32,000 nt of DNA, taken from NCBI RefSeq assembly GCF_000008625.1, contig NC_000918.1, forward strand, positions 360,001 to 392,000. Direction: 5' to 3'. The translations under genes were made by a program, and so were the position numbers. The notes below the pieces were generated by a model. It was given only the letters and a program-made list of their open reading frames with translations, did no database searches and was not told where the DNA came from. Positions within the stretch are counted from its first letter, which is position 1. Each line of letters begins with the position of its first letter. The DNA comes from Aquifex aeolicus VF5. Lineage in GTDB: Bacteria; Aquificota; Aquificia; Aquificales; Aquificaceae. Shown one piece after another: positions 27,432 through 32,000 of the stretch.

Positions 27432-28265
27432 ATGCTCGGAATAATAGGCGGAAGCGGACTCTACAACCTCCCCGGCATAAAGGTAAAAGAAGAGGTTCAG
27501 GTAAAAACTCCCTTCGGAGAGCCTTCCTCTCCCGTGGTAATAGCGGAGGTAGAAGGAAAAAAAGTAGCCTTTTTAGCGAGACACGGAAGGGGGCATGAAT
27601 ACCCCCCTCACCTAGTCCCTTACAGGGCGAATTTATGGGCTTTGAGGGAAGTAGGTGTTAAGAGAGTTCTCGGAATCAGTGCGGTCGGCGGTATAAACGA
27701 ACTCTTGATGCCCGGAGATTTTGTGGTAATCCACGACTACCTTGACTTTACGAAGACCAGAAGGTCTACCTATTACGAAGGGAAGTTTTCCGTTAAGGTG
27801 GAGGGAGAAGACAAGGTGGCTAAGCTCTTGCGGGAAGGGAAGGTGGTTCACGTGGACATGAGTGAGGCTTACTGTCCTGAAATGAGAAAAGTTCTTATAC
27901 AAATCCTGAAGGAGAAAAATTTCAGATTTCACCCGAAAGGTGTTTACGCCTGCACGGAGGGACCGCGGTTTGAAACTCCATCTGAGATAAAGATGTTAAA
28001 ACTCCTCGGTGCGGACGTTGTTGGAATGACAGGATACCCGGAGGTGGCACTTGCGAGAGAACTCACGATGTGCTACGCGAGCCTTTGCGTGGTTGCAAAC
28101 CCTGCTGCGGGAATAGCGGGATACAGACTGACCAGCAACGAGGTCATTCAATTGATGAAGAGGAAAGAAGAAGAAATAAAGGAAGTAGTGCTTAAATTCA
28201 TAAAAGAACTTCCCGAAATTAGAAGTTGTGATTGTGAAAAATCTCTGGAGGGAGCTGAGGTATGA
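27432..28265 (+). CDS. mtnP: S-methyl-5'-thioadenosine phosphorylase family purine phosphorylase
   Basis: [100 protein letters not shown]. Confidence 0.9.
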
Positions 28266-28570
28266 ATATAGAACAAATTCTTCATAACGAGGCATTTAAG
28301 GAGTTCGGAACGGGAGCTTTGATAGGTTTTACGCTGGGCTACACTTTCAAAAAGTTATTTAAGGTCTTCGTCTTTCTTCTCGGACTGTATTTAATAACGC
28401 TTATATACCTGAACAATCAGGGTATCGTTGAAATTCAGTGGGACAACCTAGAGTCCTGGGTAAATTATGTGTTTGAGGGTTTCAGAAACTTTGCAAGAAA
28501 CATTACGGCTCCGGTTGCTTCCCTCGGTGGGTTTGCGGTAGGATTTACCGCGGGACTGAAGTTCGGATAA
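28262..28570 (+). CDS. small membrane protein, FUN14-like
   Basis: [44 protein letters not shown]...[14 protein letters not shown] resembles FUN14-domain organisation. ATGA start/stop overlap with mtnP. Confidence 0.6.
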
Positions 28571-29645
28571 CCTCCTCGTAAAGACTCTCGTAATCTTTCA
28601 AAAATCTTTCACACCTGAAGACATGAGCCCTTTCCGGGGCTTTCTGTGAAAGCTTGAAGTATAACTCGGGGTTTTGATAAAGCTTTAAGAAGGCTTTTTT
28701 AACGCACTCAACCTTCTCCTCACAGAGAATTCCTCCATCTCCTACGATTTCCGGTGCTGAACCTTCCTTTAAAGCTATCACGGGCATTCCCGTTGCCATG
28801 GCTTCTGCGAAGGAAAGACCAAAGGTCTCAGTCTTTGAAGTGTTTAACAAAACGTCGTGAGAAAGGTAAAGCTCTGGAAGTTCCTCCCTTGGAACAAAGC
28901 CGAGAAAGTTTGCCTTTATCCCGAGCTTCCTTGCTAATTTTTCGAGTTTTTCTTTCTCGTTTCCCTCACCTACGATAGTGTACTCTACGGGAACTTCCTT
29001 GGAGATTTCGGCAACACACTTCAGGGCAAATTCTGGGTTTTTGTCCTTATCAAGCCTCGAAACCGTAAGTATTCTGTTTCTCGGATTTCTGAGCTTTCTC
29101 TTCTCGGACACGAAGAAGTAGTCGGGAATGCCGTTGTAAATCACCTTAACGCAAAAAGAATCAAGTTCTTCGTAGAGTTTTTTCTGGTACTTCGACACAA
29201 AAACCACACAATCGGTAAAATTCCCGAAAAAAGAAACGAGCTTTTTCGCTATAACTCCGTTGTCTATCTTTATCCCGTGGTAAGTGAGCTGTTTCGGGTG
29301 TATGTGTATAGTTCCGACGGTAGGAATTTTAAGAATTTTTCCCATTAAAAGTGCCATCGTTCCCGCGAGAAAAGGGTCGTGGTAATGGATTACATCGGGG
29401 TTGAAGTTTTTAAGTTCCTTCAAGAGTTCTACATTCGGAAGTGCTATTTCCACGTTGTGGTAGAAAGGGTACTTTATACTGGGGAGTTTCAGAACTTTAA
29501 AGGGGGTTTCTTCCTCCGCAGTACTTCCCGTGATTACGAGGACTTCATATCCCTTTTTTGAGAGTCCGAAAGCGAGCTGGCGGGCTACCTGAGTCCCACC
29601 TCCGAGATCTTTTCTGAAACTGTCCGTAAAGAGTGCAATCTTCAT
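28545..29645 (-). CDS. GT4-family glycosyltransferase (GT-B)
   Basis: RKDLGGGTQVARQLAFGLSKKGYEVLVITG; VYNG-type VKVIYNGIPDYFF; RNRILTVSRLDKDKNPEFALK; LSHDVLLNTSKTETFGLSFAEAMATGMPVIALKEGSAPEIVGDGGILC. Confidence 0.88.
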   Translation of the reverse strand: MKIALFTDSFRKDLGGGTQVARQLAFGLSKKGYEVLVITGSTAEEETPFKVLKLPSIKYPFYHNVEIALPNVELLKELKNFNPDVIHYHDPFLAGTMALLMGKILKIPTVGTIHIHPKQLTYHGIKIDNGVIAKKLVSFFGNFTDCVVFVSKYQKKLYEELDSFCVKVIYNGIPDYFFVSEKRKLRNPRNRILTVSRLDKDKNPEFALKCVAEISKEVPVEYTIVGEGNEKEKLEKLARKLGIKANFLGFVPREELPELYLSHDVLLNTSKTETFGLSFAEAMATGMPVIALKEGSAPEIVGDGGILCEEKVECVKKAFLKLYQNPELYFKLSQKAPERAHVFRCERFLKDYESLYEEVIRTSVPR

Positions 29646-29654
29646 AAATAGATT

Positions 29655-30935
29655 TTAAAGGGGAAGGGAAGCAGATTTCTTTCTGTACTTTTCCCACTCC
29701 TCCGGGAATTTCTCAAGTGTTTGTCTGATAAGCCTTCCCGCAACAGCCCCGAGACCGCATATAGAAGTGGGTTGAATGTTCCTGTTTACAAAGTCAAAAC
29801 CTTCCCAGTCCTGCTCTGTAGCTTCACCCTTGTATATTTTCTCAAGGAGGTTTGCCTGTTCGTAGCACCCTACCCTGCAAGGGGTGCACTGTCCGCAGGT
29901 TTCGTGTTCGTAGAACTCTGCAATTTTTAGAGCTGCTTCCACTATGTCGTCCTCTTCCGTGAGCACTATAACCGTTCCCGTTCCGCCAAACCCGAGAGGA
30001 GAGTAGTCCATGGGAATGTCGAGTTCTTCCGAGGAAAAGCAGTCAAGAGCCCCGGAAAATACAGCCTTCACCTTTTTGTTTCCGAGGGTTCCGCCCGCAT
30101 ACTTGAATATGACTTCCCTGAGTGTTGTGTTCATGGGAAGCTCGTAAACCCCGGGTTTTTTCACCTTACCGCTTACGGGAAAGAGTTTTGGTCCAGCGTA
30201 GTCACTCGGGCCTATGTACCTGTACTCCTCCCAGCCCATGGAAATTATAAAGGGAACGTTAGCTATGGTTTCTACGTTGTTCACTACCGTCGGTTTTCCC
30301 CAGAGTCCCTTCTGGACGGGGTATGGGGGTTTTAACCTCGGGTGTCCCCTTTTACCCTCAAGGCTTTCTATCAGAGCGGTTTCCTCACCGCATATGTAGG
30401 CACCCGCACCCCTTGCCACGTATATCTCAAGGTCAAATCCCGAACCCAAGATGTTCTTTCCTAAAAATCCCTTCTTTTTCGCCTCCTCTATTGCATCCCT
30501 CAGTATGTAATAGCCCGCGGGGTACTCTCCCCTTATGTATATGTATGCTTCGTTTGCCCCAATCGCATAGGAGGATATGATTATTCCCTCTATCAGGAGG
30601 TGGGGATCCCTCTCTATTATTATCCTGTCCTTAAAGGTTCCCGGTTCTGACTCGTCCGCGTTGCATATAAAGTACCTGGGTCCGGGGTTCTGAACCGCGA
30701 ATTTCCACTTCTTCCCGGTTGGGAATCCTGCTCCTCCTCTACCCCGCAGCGTACTTTTGTCAACCCAGTCTATGATTTCCTCGGGGGACATGTTCAGGGC
30801 TTTTTCTAAAGCCTGGTATCCCCCATCTTTTAAGTACTCATCTATGGAATGAACTCTGGGCTTTTTAGCCCTCTTGAGGAGCATATTAAGGGTAGTTTCA
30901 GCGTAAATCCTAGGTATAGCGGGATAGGATCTCAT
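29655..30935 (-). CDS. nuoF: NADH-quinone oxidoreductase subunit F
   Basis: STLRGRGGAGFPTGKKWKF, NADESEPGTFKDR, GAYICGEETALIESLEGKRGHPRLKPPYP, HETCGQCTPCRVG, TSICGLGAVA. Confidence 0.96.
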   Translation of the reverse strand: MRSYPAIPRIYAETTLNMLLKRAKKPRVHSIDEYLKDGGYQALEKALNMSPEEIIDWVDKSTLRGRGGAGFPTGKKWKFAVQNPGPRYFICNADESEPGTFKDRIIIERDPHLLIEGIIISSYAIGANEAYIYIRGEYPAGYYILRDAIEEAKKKGFLGKNILGSGFDLEIYVARGAGAYICGEETALIESLEGKRGHPRLKPPYPVQKGLWGKPTVVNNVETIANVPFIISMGWEEYRYIGPSDYAGPKLFPVSGKVKKPGVYELPMNTTLREVIFKYAGGTLGNKKVKAVFSGALDCFSSEELDIPMDYSPLGFGGTGTVIVLTEEDDIVEAALKIAEFYEHETCGQCTPCRVGCYEQANLLEKIYKGEATEQDWEGFDFVNRNIQPTSICGLGAVAGRLIRQTLEKFPEEWEKYRKKSASLPL

Positions 30936-31392
30936 TTAACTGCACCTCGCTTTCAAATTTATACTCATCATCGTTTACCATAAACACGGGAGCTTCCGAG
31001 CAAGCTCCCAGACACTGAACGGGAACTATCTTAAACTTACCGTCGGGGGTAACTTCCCCTGGTTTTATACCGAGGATATTCTCAAGAGCTTTCAAAAGTT
31101 TATTCGTTCCCATAAGGTGGCACACTATGCTCACGCAAACCCTTATCCTGTACTTTGCCTTGTCCTCCCTGTCAAACATATCGTAAAAGGCAACAACTCC
31201 TTCCACGTGGTTTAGGGGAAGTTCCAGCATGTCCGCCAAGGGCTTTAGGCTCTCGGGAGGTATGTATCCGTAGTAATTTTGTATTTCGTGAAGACACAGA
31301 AGTATAGCCTGTCTCTTTTTGGGAAAGTAATTTATGTGTTCCTGGAGCTTAGTTTTCAGCTCTTCGGGAAATTCAAACTCCGTTTTAAACAT
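30910..31392 (-). CDS. nuoE: NADH-quinone oxidoreductase subunit E
   Basis: Thioredoxin-like 2Fe-2S protein: HVEGVVAFYDMFDREDKAKYRIRVCVSIVCHLMGTNKLL; VQCLGACSEAPVFMVND. Confidence 0.94.
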   Translation of the reverse strand: MFKTEFEFPEELKTKLQEHINYFPKKRQAILLCLHEIQNYYGYIPPESLKPLADMLELPLNHVEGVVAFYDMFDREDKAKYRIRVCVSIVCHLMGTNKLLKALENILGIKPGEVTPDGKFKIVPVQCLGACSEAPVFMVNDDEYKFESEVQLNEILSRYT

Positions 31393-31411
31393 AGTTAATA
31401 ATTTTAAAAAA

Positions 31412-32000
31412 CTAATCCGTTTTTACAATTAAAAACACCATCTCCTTCCTACCACCTTTCTGGCGAGCCATATTTTTGAGCCTTTCCGCCCCCTTTTCCA
31501 AATCGCAACACGAAAGTGCCTCTTCTATCTCTCCTTCGCTTAAAACTTCCACAAACCCGTCGGAGGCAAGCAGGAACAGGTCCCCCTCCTCGTAGTGCGA
31601 TGAAAAGGTGTAAACTTCAGGGTTCCACTCAAGCCCAAGAACTTTAACCACTTTTTTGTTTCCCTTTATCTTCACCTGGTCCTCCGTTAGCCTGTACAGT
31701 CTTCCCTTCCTGAAGAGGTATATCCTTGAGTCCCCCACGTGTCCTATGTAAAAGTTCCTTTCGTTGAAGGAAAGGAGGCTTAGCGTAGTTCCCGAAAGCA
31801 CACTATCCTCAAGTTTTCCCAGTTCCTTTATTAGTTCCCTGTTAATCTTTGAAAAGTTCTCCCTTATTTTCTCTTCCGAATTGTAGGGCTTGAATTTTGG
31901 TATTAAATCCACCGCTTTTTCAGCGGCAGCGACCGCGCCTTTTCCTATGCCCATTCCGTCCGCAACAGCAAAAATTTCCCCGTCCGCCCAGAACCTGTCC
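31412..32000 (-). CDS. PP2C-type serine/threonine protein phosphatase; N-terminus runs off the right edge
   Basis: In-frame sequence continues upstream of the track start: DRFWADGEIFAVADGMGIGKGAVAAAEKAVDLI; later ERNFYIGHVGDSRIYLFRKGRLYRLTEDQ; GDLFLLASDGFVEVLSEGEI. Confidence 0.88.
   Translation of the reverse strand, partial: DRFWADGEIFAVADGMGIGKGAVAAAEKAVDLIPKFKPYNSEEKIRENFSKINRELIKELGKLEDSVLSGTTLSLLSFNERNFYIGHVGDSRIYLFRKGRLYRLTEDQVKIKGNKKVVKVLGLEWNPEVYTFSSHYEEGDLFLLASDGFVEVLSEGEIEEALSCCDLEKGAERLKNMARQKGGRKEMVFLIVKTD

Noticed and set aside
1-32000. CRISPR array, IS element, integrase or prophage
   Set aside because: I saw no regularly spaced repeats, transposase or integrase motifs or terminal inverted repeats by eye. 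The window is filled by core metabolic genes on both strands.

Overview
This is a dense, mostly housekeeping window. It is probably from a hyperthermophilic Aquificales-type bacterium (Aquifex-like), judging from protein style, gene overlaps and gene content; that placement is inference. I see about 27 protein genes and one tRNA: a TonB-dependent receptor (OprC/NosA-like motif) divergent from tonB, an RlmI-like methyltransferase, an ADP-ribosylglycohydrolase, lpxD, an LptF/G-like permease, marC, apgM, hpt, an M20 peptidase, endonuclease V, trpG/pabA, a nuoC-nuoD fusion, radA, an sdhB/frdB-type Fe-S protein, a pseudouridine synthase, ftsI, bioD, thiE, recN, tRNA-Thr(CGT), a heme-site diguanylate cyclase, a heptose-7-P kinase, birA, rimI, an MTA phosphorylase, a FUN14-like protein, a GT4 glycosyltransferase, nuoF, nuoE and a PP2C phosphatase. 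I found no mobile element, CRISPR array, phage or convincing new multi-gene system. The best second-look items are: (1) lpxD split by a single missing base; (2) a cluster of apparent indels destroying the C-terminus of an M20 peptidase; (3) endonuclease V with no ATG/GTG/TTG start before its catalytic Asp, implying a rare AUU/AUA start; (4) recN starting 10 nt after a tRNA-Thr; (5) palindromic operator-like sites between the TonB receptor and tonB; (6) a CxxCH plus cytosolic Cys-rich sensor diguanylate cyclase; (7) several orphan families.
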